From: Candidatus Thorarchaeota archaeon
Lineage (GTDB): Archaea > Asgardarchaeota > Thorarchaeia > Thorarchaeales > Thorarchaeaceae
Direction of reading: 5' to 3'
Assembly (NCBI GenBank): GCA_029855935.1
Contig: JAGSHN010000013.1
Location: 1-30,326, forward strand
Length of the DNA stretch: 30,326 nt
Positions 18,585-27,243 of the stretch are shown here, piece by piece; the first letter of the stretch is position 1; the number at the start of each line of letters is the position of its first letter. Under the pieces are notes generated by a model. It saw nothing but the letters and a program-made list of their open reading frames with translations. It was not told the origin of the DNA and did no database searches. A program made the position numbers and the translations under genes.

Positions 18585-18935
18585 TCAGCGCTGACGCAGC
18601 CTGTCGAGAATGACGAGTGCCTCTCCAAGTGAGATGGACAGCCTACTGGCGAGCTCTCGGGGCGTTATGTTCGGCATTGACGGCAGGATGTTGTTCAGTG
18701 CATAGCTGACCACGCCGGGGAAGAGCGGATTTCTCTGAGCCGTCTCCACGAGGATTGGCCAGAGCGGATGCTTTTTCAACTCGTCAAGCTTGACATCAAG
18801 AAGGCGGGTGGAGGTAGTCTCTTCCTGCGTTCCCACATCACTCTCGATGGGGATGTTATTCTCGGAACTTGCACTAGTCTGGTCTGTCAATCTCATCTGC
18901 TTCATCTGCGTCCCATCCTCGTGACTGAATGTCAT
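18585..18935 (-). CDS. Hypothetical protein with C-terminal HTH-like segment
   Basis: ITPRELASRLSISLGEALVILDRL resembles an HTH. The ORF fills the intergenic space; start uncertain. Confidence 0.6.
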   Translation of the reverse strand: MTFSHEDGTQMKQMRLTDQTSASSENNIPIESDVGTQEETTSTRLLDVKLDELKKHPLWPILVETAQRNPLFPGVVSYALNNILPSMPNITPRELASRLSISLGEALVILDRLRQR

Positions 18936-19190
18936 CTCCCGGCGGACTGGAGTAGCCCACCTCTGTCTGGTGCCACGTGCGATTTAAACGTTGAGTCGTC
19001 ATGGTGGTCACGTTGGTTCGCCCGCGCCACATTGCCTGTCTGACCTCCTGCCATCAGAACCGATTCCTGCCTCTCAACCTCTCATTGGAGTGACAAGGCT
19101 CGCGCAGTAAGCTTTAACAAGCTAACTGCAAGACAGCCATCTGCCAAAACGCCACTACAAAGTGGATACGAGCTGGGGTATGGAAAACAG

Positions 19191-19487
19191 TTGCCGCACG
19201 GCATTAGAAGAATTGTGCTGGACGTGTTGAAGCCTCACACTCCGAGGATAACGGATCTTGCGCTGATGTTGTCCCGTGACGAGCGCATCAACGGCATCAA
19301 CCTCTCTCTCAAGGAGGTCGACCAGAACACAGAGTCAATCTCTGTGACAATTGAGGGCGACGATCTAGATTTTGAGTCAATCAAGGAAGTCTTGGAGCAG
19401 GCTGGTGCTGTCATACACTCGATTGATCAGGTCGTCGCGGGGAAGCGGTTCGTAGAGGAAGTGACCCTCCAGCCGGAGAACAGCTGA
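19191..19487 (+). CDS. DUF211 family conserved archaeal protein
   Basis: [28 protein letters not shown] signature. Confidence 0.88.
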   Translation: MPHGIRRIVLDVLKPHTPRITDLALMLSRDERINGINLSLKEVDQNTESISVTIEGDDLDFESIKEVLEQAGAVIHSIDQVVAGKRFVEEVTLQPENS

Positions 19488-19503
19488 TGAGGAGATCGGG
19501 CTG

Positions 19504-20115
19504 TCAACGCCTGCGCAGCTGGCCCAAGAGCCTATCGCTCTCAGCCTCTATCTTCCTCTGCACTATAGTATAGAGTTCCTGTTCGAAGGCTGGGGGTATT
19601 ATCTTGACCACATTACACAGTCGGTCTACTATTCTCTCCGCCAGAGCAGATGGTGCGACGACGCCCCCACGCACCACACTCAATACAACCTCCTCGCCGA
19701 CGCTGCCCCTCACTACAGAATCAATCACACTGGCTATCGTCCCCTCGGGGTCGATATAGAATGGCATCTGTGTTCGGTCCCTCAGGACGATGAATCCCAG
19801 TGAGTCGACGATGCTGTCAGTGTACCACTCGAGGCTCGACTCCTTCAGTCGCAGTCTTGTTGCGAACTCGGTCTTCGTCAGCGGATTGGGATGGCTCCAC
19901 GGATGCCGCGAAACGACGTACAGTGCCGCACCAAACAGCGAGTCACTCTCACGCGGCACACCGACCTGTGAGACATACCTCCTGACGAGATCCAGGGCCA
20001 CCGCTGAGTAGCGCTCGTCAATCTTGTGTTCTGTGTAGAAGCCATATGCGTCCTGAATCATATTTACGACAATCTGTGGACTGACAGCGGGGTGGGCCTC
20101 TTCACTGTGATACAC
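19504..20115 (-). CDS. Hypothetical protein with a single TFIIB/cyclin-like repeat
   Basis: RESDSLFGAALYVVSR..PLTKTEFATRLRLKESSL resembles the repeats of the TFB in this window. GTG 20115 follows AGGAG; TTTATA lies at about 20183-20188 on the minus strand. Confidence 0.6.
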   Translation of the reverse strand: MYHSEEAHPAVSPQIVVNMIQDAYGFYTEHKIDERYSAVALDLVRRYVSQVGVPRESDSLFGAALYVVSRHPWSHPNPLTKTEFATRLRLKESSLEWYTDSIVDSLGFIVLRDRTQMPFYIDPEGTIASVIDSVVRGSVGEEVVLSVVRGGVVAPSALAERIVDRLCNVVKIIPPAFEQELYTIVQRKIEAESDRLLGQLRRR

Positions 20116-20264
20116 AATACGCAGTCTCCTTTCAGTCAGCACACTCTGTCGTGACCTGACCTCTTGACAGCCCCTCTTACAATATAAACAATGTTGCACA
20201 AGAAGCAGAGGTCCGGCCATTTCGCGCTCTTTAGAGTCGCCCCTTGCTGATTGGGAACAGCATC

Positions 20265-20861
20265 TTATCTGGGCGTGTATATTTTTTCAAGCGCCCACCT
20301 CAGAGCACGCTGAATCTCCTGCAGCCGTGCCTCGGAGCCGTAGTTCCTGATTACTATCTCCTTCAGCAGGCCATCCTCTCCCTTGACCTCAAAGTCGAAG
20401 GCGTTGTCCCACTCAAGCTCGCCTCTCTCCACTCTCTCTCTGTCCTCCTTCTGGAACTTGCCGAGTATGCGTTCCACGAAGAATCTGGCGAAGGCTCCTC
20501 TCTTGATGTCATAGGTCGCGTGTTCGGCGGGTGTTATGGTGATGTTGCCTCCCTCGATATGCATCTCGGCGAGAAGCGTCTTTCTGTCCTTGGTGAAGAC
20601 CTTGATATCTCTAGGCTCCTGTGTGACGGCCGAGGGCATTGGAGGGGCAGTGGCGGGCGATGATGTGGTGGCTCCTGAGGCTGTTGTCACAAGGGCAGTG
20701 TCTGCAGTGGCGAAGCTCTTCACTCCAATCATGCTGTCGATGGCCTGTCTGTACTCACGCAGCTTCTCCAGACGCCTTGACAGGCGCGAATACTCCTCAT
20801 CAATCTCCTTTCTGAGTTCCAGCAGGACACGTATGCGCGGGTCTTCCAGACTGAGCACCAC
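20265..20861 (-). CDS. Hypothetical protein (N-terminal coiled coil, Thr/Ala/Pro linker, alpha/beta C-terminal domain)
   Basis: 198-aa ORF with heptad-like N-terminus, low-complexity linker and globular C-terminus. Confidence 0.7.
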   Translation of the reverse strand: MVLSLEDPRIRVLLELRKEIDEEYSRLSRRLEKLREYRQAIDSMIGVKSFATADTALVTTASGATTSSPATAPPMPSAVTQEPRDIKVFTKDRKTLLAEMHIEGGNITITPAEHATYDIKRGAFARFFVERILGKFQKEDRERVERGELEWDNAFDFEVKGEDGLLKEIVIRNYGSEARLQEIQRALRWALEKIYTPR

Positions 20862-20930
20862 CTTGGCCCGTTCTCAGGTCACTTTGGATGGTCTGTCCTT
20901 CTATATGTTCGCTTGTGTTATTGACTCCTA

Positions 20931-21176
20931 CTAAGAATGGCCGTCCTCCGCCTCAATCACCTTGATGGCAAAGTCCGGACACTCCATCTCGCACAGGTGA
21001 CATACCTTGCAGGCCTCCAGATCCTCCACCACAGGTAGGTAGAAGCCTCTATTGTCGACCTTGTCCGCCTTTACGAAGACCTTGTGTGGACAGACCGCAA
21101 TGCAGATGTGACAGCCCTTGCACAGATGCTGATCGATGACTATCTCACTTGCCGTCCGGGCCAATCTCTCAGTCAC
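20931..21176 (-). CDS. 2x[4Fe-4S] ferredoxin (oxoacid oxidoreductase delta-like)
   Basis: CKGCHICIAVCP and CKVCHLCEMECPDFAI. Confidence 0.92.
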   Translation of the reverse strand: MTERLARTASEIVIDQHLCKGCHICIAVCPHKVFVKADKVDNRGFYLPVVEDLEACKVCHLCEMECPDFAIKVIEAEDGHS

Positions 21177-21262
21177 CGACCTCGCGGGACAGAATGTAGG
21201 TTATAACGGTTGGGATTTGACAGCCCCTGACCCTGCCCCCACCGGATTGGACGGGTTGAGTC

Positions 21263-21652
21263 TCACGGGTTGTCGCCAAACTCAGCGGTGACCCGGCGCA
21301 GTGACGGGGTGTCGATATTCTCCTTCACCAGCTTCAGCCCCCTCTCAGTCAATGCACCCTTGACGAACAGGTGACCTGCAGAACGGATGTAGACGAGCCC
21401 TCTCTCCTTCAGCCTCTCTAGGCTGGCGAGAACTATCTGTGTGAGCTCGTGGTCCGTCACGGAGAGCCCCGCCCCCGGTGTCTGCAACGTCTCGGTCATG
21501 CGTAGAACGTTTTTCATACTGGACAATTGCCGTCGTTTGCTCTCGTACGGGTTGGAGTATAGCCAGAGCAGCACGATGAGATCAACGACATTCAGTTCGA
21601 GTCCTGGATTGTTCTCCAAGATCTTCTTTGCGACCAGCTCGACTATGGGCAT
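21263..21652 (-). CDS. Hypothetical winged-helix protein
   Basis: SLERLKERGLV..ALTERGLKL wHTH-type ending. SD AGGAG upstream. Confidence 0.7.
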   Translation of the reverse strand: MPIVELVAKKILENNPGLELNVVDLIVLLWLYSNPYESKRRQLSSMKNVLRMTETLQTPGAGLSVTDHELTQIVLASLERLKERGLVYIRSAGHLFVKGALTERGLKLVKENIDTPSLRRVTAEFGDNP

Positions 21653-21701
21653 CCTGTTCTTCTCCTGGGGCCTCTCGCTGCCGGGACGGGGCTCACCCTC
21701 A

Positions 21702-22430
21702 TCACTGTACCAGCCTGACGGTCCCCTTCACGGGCTCGTATACCACGCCATCGTTCATTAGTCTGTCTAGTGACCTCACTGTCGCGTCCTCCGTCACACC
21801 CTTGGCGGTCATAATGGCTACAATCTCACTTGTGAGCATCTCACCCCCTTGCTCCCTGATCAGCTGGAGAATGTCATCGCTGACATCCCTGTTGGTCCGA
21901 GCATGTTTCTGCGGTGCCTCTCCGATGTATCTTATTGTCCACGGCCGCGGGGCGAAGAGTTCTCCACGAGAGAACATCTTCTCAATCTGCTTCTCCACCC
22001 AGGTCCACTCGAGGCCGTAGCGGGGACATGCCTGCTCTATCTCACTGAGTGGGCAGGGTCTCTTGGTCGCGAGGTCTCTGAACATCAACAGGAGGCGCTG
22101 CATCTTTCCAGAGGGCAGACCTCTCCCGTCTGACATCCGTGCCACCCTCGCTGCATCAATCTCGTCCTTGGGCAGCAGGTGTTCAATCCTCTCGCGCGAA
22201 CGGCGCACGGCCTCTTCGAAGTCGCCACTCTTACCGGCATTGAACCGACGAACAGCCTCTGCTGCCGCCTCAGCGGAGTCAAAGAGGGCGGTGGCCTCCC
22301 TTGAGATGTCTATGATCTTGCCACAGTAGCTGCACATACGTCTCTTCTGACCCACAGGTGCGGTCAGGAACCTTCTACATCGCGGACACATAAAGACCAG
22401 ATGGGAACGCACGGAAGGGCCTCCTGTCAT
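21702..22430 (-). CDS. Zn-ribbon (DUF1922-like) protein with two tandem winged-helix domains
   Basis: CPRC..CSYCG; KMFSRGELFAPRPWTI and RLMNDGVVYEPVKGTVRLV. TTAAATA about 25 nt upstream. Confidence 0.75.
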   Translation of the reverse strand: MTGGPSVRSHLVFMCPRCRRFLTAPVGQKRRMCSYCGKIIDISREATALFDSAEAAAEAVRRFNAGKSGDFEEAVRRSRERIEHLLPKDEIDAARVARMSDGRGLPSGKMQRLLLMFRDLATKRPCPLSEIEQACPRYGLEWTWVEKQIEKMFSRGELFAPRPWTIRYIGEAPQKHARTNRDVSDDILQLIREQGGEMLTSEIVAIMTAKGVTEDATVRSLDRLMNDGVVYEPVKGTVRLVQ

Positions 22431-22571
22431 CTCTATCTGTGACGGGCTGTCTATTTAACAGGTCCTCTCGGCAGATCCAACGGATTCGTGTCACCGCGCT
22501 CATAATGGCCTCTCCGCTTAGTCTGGGCACTGCGTACTGGCGGTCTGCTCGCAGAATGTTGGCCGAGTGGC

Positions 22572-22582
22572 AAGCTTTAAAT
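22572..22582 (+). promoter_or_regulatory. BRE/TATA-like promoter for the r-protein operon
   Basis: AAGCTTTAAAT. The same AAGCTTTAA occurs at 19109-19117, upstream of DUF211. Confidence 0.55.
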
Positions 22583-22588
22583 CATGAA

Positions 22589-22787
22589 CCGATGCGGTGA
22601 GCGGCGTAACCCTCAGAGGATGACTGTTTCAGAACCGATGGAGCAGTGCAGGCAAAGACTTCTGCTCGCGGAATCGCCTGCATACGTGTGCCGGTAGGTT
22701 CTGGGGTGGTCGTCAGGGGTCATGAACTCGCTATTCGGGCTCACTCAACGGTGAGGCATTCCAATACGAAGTCTCACTCAGCATCGG
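22589..22787 (+). ncRNA. Structured RNA or 5' leader of unknown family upstream of rpl22
   Basis: Nested helices include an 18-bp stem 22619-22636/22697-22714 with 6 G-U pairs, GTGCAGGC/GCCTGCAT, GGTGAGC/GCTCACT, GTGAGGC/GTCTCAC and CCGATGC/GCATCGG. Confidence 0.55.
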
Positions 22788-22800
22788 AAGTGTCGTAACC

Positions 22801-23265
22801 ATGCCGACGTATCGGTATAGCATAATAGGCCTAGACCCGGACAGGACCGCAATAGCCAGCGGTAGAAACTTGAGGTGTTCGCCGAAGCACAGTCGCGAGG
22901 TATGTAACGCCATCCGCGGGATGATGCTAGACAAGGCCATAGAGCTGCTGGAGAGTGTCATCGAGGAGAAGGCATGGATTCCCTACAAGCGCCACAAGAA
23001 GAAGCGCGGCCATCACCCTGGCATGCGCAAGTGGGCGGCTGGTGGCCACCCCGTCAAGGCATCGAAGTTGATACTCAAGGTCCTGAAGAATGTGGAGGCG
23101 AACGCTGATGACAAGGGCCTGGACATAGACCGCCTCAAGATTATCCACGCAGCAGCCCATCGTGGTCGTACCTACAAGAAGTACATCGAGCGAGCCTTTG
23201 GTAGGAGTACGCCCTATTTTGAGTACACGACCCATGTCGAGATAGTCGTGGAAGAGGTGGCATAG
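22801..23265 (+). CDS. rpl22: 50S ribosomal protein uL22
   Basis: SPKHSREVCNAIRGM, NVEANADDKGLD, RAFGRSTP. Confidence 0.96.
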   Translation: MPTYRYSIIGLDPDRTAIASGRNLRCSPKHSREVCNAIRGMMLDKAIELLESVIEEKAWIPYKRHKKKRGHHPGMRKWAAGGHPVKASKLILKVLKNVEANADDKGLDIDRLKIIHAAAHRGRTYKKYIERAFGRSTPYFEYTTHVEIVVEEVA

Positions 23266-24183
23266 GTGTCAGCGGTCAAGTATTTCATCGAGCAGAACAC
23301 CCGGAAGCTGAAGGTGGACGAGTTCCTGGCTCGTGAACTCAACTCTGCAGGCTATGGCGGAGTCGAGATTCGCAAGATGCCCACTCGCACAGAGGTCATC
23401 ATTCACGCCTCTCGCCCCGGCGTGGTCATTGGTCGTAGAGGGTCCAAGATCCGTGAGTTGACCGACATCCTTGAGCACGACTATGGCATTCCCAACGCGC
23501 AGGTCGAGGTCGCAGAGATTGAGAACCCGTGGCTGAATGCTCAGGTGATGGCGTCAAGGCTCGCGCGTCAGCTGGAGCGGGGTGTGAGATTCAGACGGAT
23601 GGCCTACTGGATACTCAGGAGGGTCATGAGGGCTGGGGCCTATGGCTGCGAGATCATTGTGAAGGGCAAGCTATCAAGTCGGAGAGCCCGATATCAGAAG
23701 TTCAGACAGGCAACCATTGCCAAGACTGGTGAGCCCGCAGAGCTCTTCGTTGACGAGGCTGATGACATAGCGGTCCTGAAACCGGGCGTTATCGGCGTGA
23801 AGGTCAGAATCATGAAGCCTGACGTGAAGCTGCCGGGTGTGGTCCACGTCAAGAAGCCGAAACCCAAGAAGCCAGAGGAGCTCGAGCTTGTGAAGGCTCC
23901 CGAGGAGGTCGAGGAGGCGCCTCCGGAGGCAGAGGCAATCGAGGCGGAGCTTGAGGGCATCACTGACATTGAGGATCTGAAGGAGCTTGAGGAGCTCGAC
24001 GCACTGGATCTTGTTGAGGAGGCACCACCAGCCGCAGAGCCCGCATCCGATGAGGAGGTCAAGCCCTCCGAGGAGCCGTCACAGGCTGATGAGGCGGCCC
24101 AGGAAGAAGAGAAGGACTCGCCTGTGGCTGACAAAGAGTCGCTCGAGGAACTGGACGGGCTTGGCACTGAAGGAGGCGAATGA
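23266..24183 (+). CDS. rps3: 30S ribosomal protein uS3 with long acidic C-terminal tail
   Basis: AGYGG, RPGVVIGRRG KH motif, KPGVIGVKVRIM. Confidence 0.96.
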   Translation: MSAVKYFIEQNTRKLKVDEFLARELNSAGYGGVEIRKMPTRTEVIIHASRPGVVIGRRGSKIRELTDILEHDYGIPNAQVEVAEIENPWLNAQVMASRLARQLERGVRFRRMAYWILRRVMRAGAYGCEIIVKGKLSSRRARYQKFRQATIAKTGEPAELFVDEADDIAVLKPGVIGVKVRIMKPDVKLPGVVHVKKPKPKKPEELELVKAPEEVEEAPPEAEAIEAELEGITDIEDLKELEELDALDLVEEAPPAAEPASDEEVKPSEEPSQADEAAQEEEKDSPVADKESLEELDGLGTEGGE

Positions 24184-24401
24184 GTGTGGCACGACTTACT
24201 GCCAAGGACATACGAAAGATGACTCCAGCAGAGCGTCAAAAGAAGCTCGAGAGTCTGTACGATGAGCTCACCTCTGTGAGAATTCAGCAGGTGACAGGCG
24301 GGACAACCGAGAACCCGTTCAAGATACGTTCCATCAAGAGAGCGATTGCGCGTATCCTCACAATTCAGCATGAAGAGCAGCTGGAGGCCGACAGACAGTG
24401 A
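24180..24401 (+). CDS. rpl29: 50S ribosomal protein uL29
   Basis: DIRKMT..ENPFKIRSIKRAIARILT; gene order. Confidence 0.95.
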   Translation: MSVARLTAKDIRKMTPAERQKKLESLYDELTSVRIQQVTGGTTENPFKIRSIKRAIARILTIQHEEQLEADRQ

Positions 24402-24679
24402 TCACTGCTCAGAATATCATCAGGCATGAGATACTCGGGCTCCCTGCTCACGTGGTCCAGTCCCGTGACCCGACGCTGGTGTGTCGACGGGGGACGATTG
24501 TCGACGAGTCGAAGGAGATGATAGAGCTCGATACCACAGAGGGGACTATCAGGATTCCGAAGACGGTGTCTGTACTCGACATCATGCTACCGGATGGAAC
24601 TGTGGTACGCGTTGATGGGAGTCTTCTTAGAGGTCGTCCCGAGGACCGACTGAAGAGGCCTGTGAAGAGGAGATGGTGA
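24398..24679 (+). CDS. rnp1: Ribonuclease P protein component 1 (Rpp29/Pop4)
   Basis: NIIRHEILGL, GTIVDE, VDGSLLRGRPEDRLK; canonical position. Confidence 0.92.
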   Translation: MITAQNIIRHEILGLPAHVVQSRDPTLVCRRGTIVDESKEMIELDTTEGTIRIPKTVSVLDIMLPDGTVVRVDGSLLRGRPEDRLKRPVKRRW

Positions 24680-25047
24680 ACTTGGCAAAGAAGAAGCAGA
24701 AGGTCCGAAACATTGGCATCCCCAACGTGACGCCTCCTGAGAGGGTCTGCGATGACCCTAACTGTCCATTCCACGGCAACCTGCCGGTGCGTGGCAGAAT
24801 AATGGAGGGTGTGGTGACAAGTACCAAGATGCACAAGGCAATCACATTCCAGATGGACTATCTGGCGTTGATCAAGAAGTACGCACGGTACGAACGAAGG
24901 CGGTCAAAGAAGCATGCGCATCTCCCCGACTGCATCGATGTCCAAGTCGGCGACATCGTGAAGGTCGTGGAGTGTAGACCCCTCAGCAAGACGATCTCGT
25001 GCGTTGTAGTCGAGGCGCGACGGCCCGCCACTCATCAGGAGGTGTAG
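24673..25047 (+). CDS. rps17: 30S ribosomal protein uS17
   Basis: CDDPNCPFHG, KYARYERR, ECRPLSKT. Confidence 0.96.
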   Translation: MVNLAKKKQKVRNIGIPNVTPPERVCDDPNCPFHGNLPVRGRIMEGVVTSTKMHKAITFQMDYLALIKKYARYERRRSKKHAHLPDCIDVQVGDIVKVVECRPLSKTISCVVVEARRPATHQEV

Positions 25048-25050
25048 CAC

Positions 25051-25473
25051 GTGTCCAGGAAGATCAGTCGTGGTATTAGGAAGTTCATCCCGAGAATGTC
25101 TCGTGGCCTGCCCATTGGTGCCACACTTGTCTGTGCCGACAACTCAGGTGCTAAGGAGCTCAAGCTGATAACAGTCTTCGGCTACAAGGGCCGGCTCCGT
25201 AAGCTTGGCAAGGCAGGTATCGGTGACAGGGTCAACGTCACAGTCACGAAGGGCAAGCAGGAGCTCCGCAAGCAGGTGCTTCAGGCTGTGATAGTCCGTC
25301 AAAAGAAGCCCTACCGAAGGCCAGACGGCACATGGATGCAGTTTGAGGACAATGCTGCAGTCCTGATCAAGCCTGGCGGCGAGCCTCAGGGCTCCGAGAT
25401 GCGTGGTCCAATGGCCCGTGAGGTCACACTGCGATGGCCCCGTGTCGCAGCCATTGCATCGAAGATAGTATGA
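25051..25473 (+). CDS. rpl14: 50S ribosomal protein uL14
   Basis: CADNSGAK, RQKKPYRR, FEDNAAV. Confidence 0.96.
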   Translation: MSRKISRGIRKFIPRMSRGLPIGATLVCADNSGAKELKLITVFGYKGRLRKLGKAGIGDRVNVTVTKGKQELRKQVLQAVIVRQKKPYRRPDGTWMQFEDNAAVLIKPGGEPQGSEMRGPMAREVTLRWPRVAAIASKIV

Positions 25474-25489
25474 GCGAGGTTGATGACGA

Positions 25490-25876
25490 ATGACGAAGAT
25501 ACCGAAGACGAGGTCTCCGCGCAAGCAGAGGCAGCGGCTCTACAAGTCGCCCCTACACGCACACAAGAAGATGTTGAGATGCAGGCTGGCAGACGACCTG
25601 CGCGAGGAGTATGGTGTGCGTTCGATGGTGGTCCGCAAGGGTGACCTTGTCCGTATAATGCGGGGACAGTTTCGCGACACAGAGGCCAAGGTGACGAGAG
25701 TGGAGTACTCAAAGATCCGCGTCTATGTCGATGCTGCAACCACGACGAAGGCAGACGGCAAGGAGGTACCAATTCCGCTTCATCCATCAAATCTGATGAT
25801 AACCAAGCTCGAACTTGATGACGAACGGCGTCGTATCCTTGAGCGGAGGGCGGCCCAGGCAGCGGAGGTCGAGTAG
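25490..25876 (+). CDS. rpl24: 50S ribosomal protein uL24
   Basis: PRKQRQ, VRKGDLVRIMRG, LHPSN. Confidence 0.96.
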   Translation: MTKIPKTRSPRKQRQRLYKSPLHAHKKMLRCRLADDLREEYGVRSMVVRKGDLVRIMRGQFRDTEAKVTRVEYSKIRVYVDAATTTKADGKEVPIPLHPSNLMITKLELDDERRRILERRAAQAAEVE

Positions 25877-25878
25877 AT

Positions 25879-26637
25879 ATGGCAAGACGAGGTCAGAAGA
25901 AGCATCTGAAACGGCTCCCAGCGCCGAGGCACTGGCCTATCAAGAGAAAGGAGGGCAAGTTCACCACACGCGTGATACCCGGACCTCATTCAAAGGAGGA
26001 GTGCGTGACTCTCGCGATTCTCCTGCGTGAGATGCTTGGGTACGCTGAGACAATGCGAGAGGTCAAGGCAATACTCAACTCTCGTCAGGTCCTCGTTGAT
26101 GGGCGTGTCCGCCGAGAGCCTCGATTCCCCGTTGGTGTGATGGATGTCATCGAGATAAAGTCCTCAGGCGACATCTTCAGGATTCTCCCGAAGATGCGCG
26201 GAGGCCTCAGACTAGTCCCCATAAGTCCTGAGGAGGCCAAGTTCAAGTTATGCCGTATCGAGCGAAAGATGATGGTCCCTGGCGGAAGGGTCCAGATGAC
26301 CACGCATGATGGTCGCAACCTGCTGTTGCCTGATGGTCACAAACCCTCGGAGTTTCACACTCTCGACACGGTCAAGATAAGCATACCTGACCAGGAGTTC
26401 ATCGAGTCGTATCCTCTGCGTGAGGGCGCGTATGCCATAGTCACTCAGGGTAAGAACGTCGGTATTGAGGGCCGTGTGATCGCTGTCGAGCGCAGATTCG
26501 GGACTCACGCCAGTACGGTCACTCTTGAGGATCCGTCGGGCAACCAGTTCCAGACGGCTCTTGAGTATGTCTTCGTTGTTGGCGCTGAGCGACCAGAGGT
26601 ACAGCTCCAGCCTGCAGCAGGAGGTGTAACTGCATGA
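25879..26637 (+). CDS. rps4e: 30S ribosomal protein eS4
   Basis: HLKRLPAP, PGPH, VDGRVR, PVGVMDV, HDGRN. Confidence 0.96.
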   Translation: MARRGQKKHLKRLPAPRHWPIKRKEGKFTTRVIPGPHSKEECVTLAILLREMLGYAETMREVKAILNSRQVLVDGRVRREPRFPVGVMDVIEIKSSGDIFRILPKMRGGLRLVPISPEEAKFKLCRIERKMMVPGGRVQMTTHDGRNLLLPDGHKPSEFHTLDTVKISIPDQEFIESYPLREGAYAIVTQGKNVGIEGRVIAVERRFGTHASTVTLEDPSGNQFQTALEYVFVVGAERPEVQLQPAAGGVTA

Positions 26638-27227
26638 CTGCTGTCCAAGAGAACATCACTCCTCACGAGGACATAATCCTGAAGGAGTGGGAGGCCTGTC
26701 CGATGAGGCGTCCCTATATCGCCAAGGTGGTCGTGGACATATGCACTGGTGGTGGGGAGCCTCTGAAGCGTGCTGCGACAATCCTTGAGAATCTGACGGG
26801 CCAGAAGCCTGTTCAGTCGAGGGCCAAGCAGACGATACGCGACTTTGGGATACGGAAGAAAGAGCCCATTGCGGTCAGAGTCACACTCCGGCATCAGCGG
26901 GCTATCGACTTTCTGAAGCGCGCCCTGCAGGCCAAGGACAACATACTGCTGATCAAGAACTGGGATGAGGATGGCAACTTCGCCTTTGGGATCAAGGAAC
27001 ACATTGACATCCCTGGTGTCAAGTATGACCCTGAGCTTGGAATTCAGGGGATGAACATCACAGTCGTGATTGAGCGTCCCGGGTTCAGAGTCAAGCGCAG
27101 GCGGAGACGTAGGGCGAAGGTGCCGTGGCGACACAGGATGACTCCCGAGGAGAGCATGGTATTCATGAAGCGGGAGTTTGGCGTTGAGATACTTGAGAAG
27201 GAGCGTGAACGCACGTACCTGTTCTGA
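26634..27227 (+). CDS. rpl5: 50S ribosomal protein uL5
   Basis: LTGQKP, FGIRK, GNFAFGIKEHIDIPGVKYDP. Confidence 0.96.
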   Translation: MTAVQENITPHEDIILKEWEACPMRRPYIAKVVVDICTGGGEPLKRAATILENLTGQKPVQSRAKQTIRDFGIRKKEPIAVRVTLRHQRAIDFLKRALQAKDNILLIKNWDEDGNFAFGIKEHIDIPGVKYDPELGIQGMNITVVIERPGFRVKRRRRRRAKVPWRHRMTPEESMVFMKREFGVEILEKERERTYLF

Positions 27228-27243
27228 GCGAGGTGAGATGTAG

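Noticed and set aside
22637-22696. SECIS-like look (AAA bulge below an apical mini-stem)
   Set aside because: No AUGA/GA quartet on the two strands and no in-frame UGA selenoprotein nearby.
22589-22787. 5S rRNA, SRP RNA or RNase P RNA identity
   Set aside because: Their hallmark sequences (CCGAAC loop, helix-8 motif, GAGGAAAGUCC) are not present.
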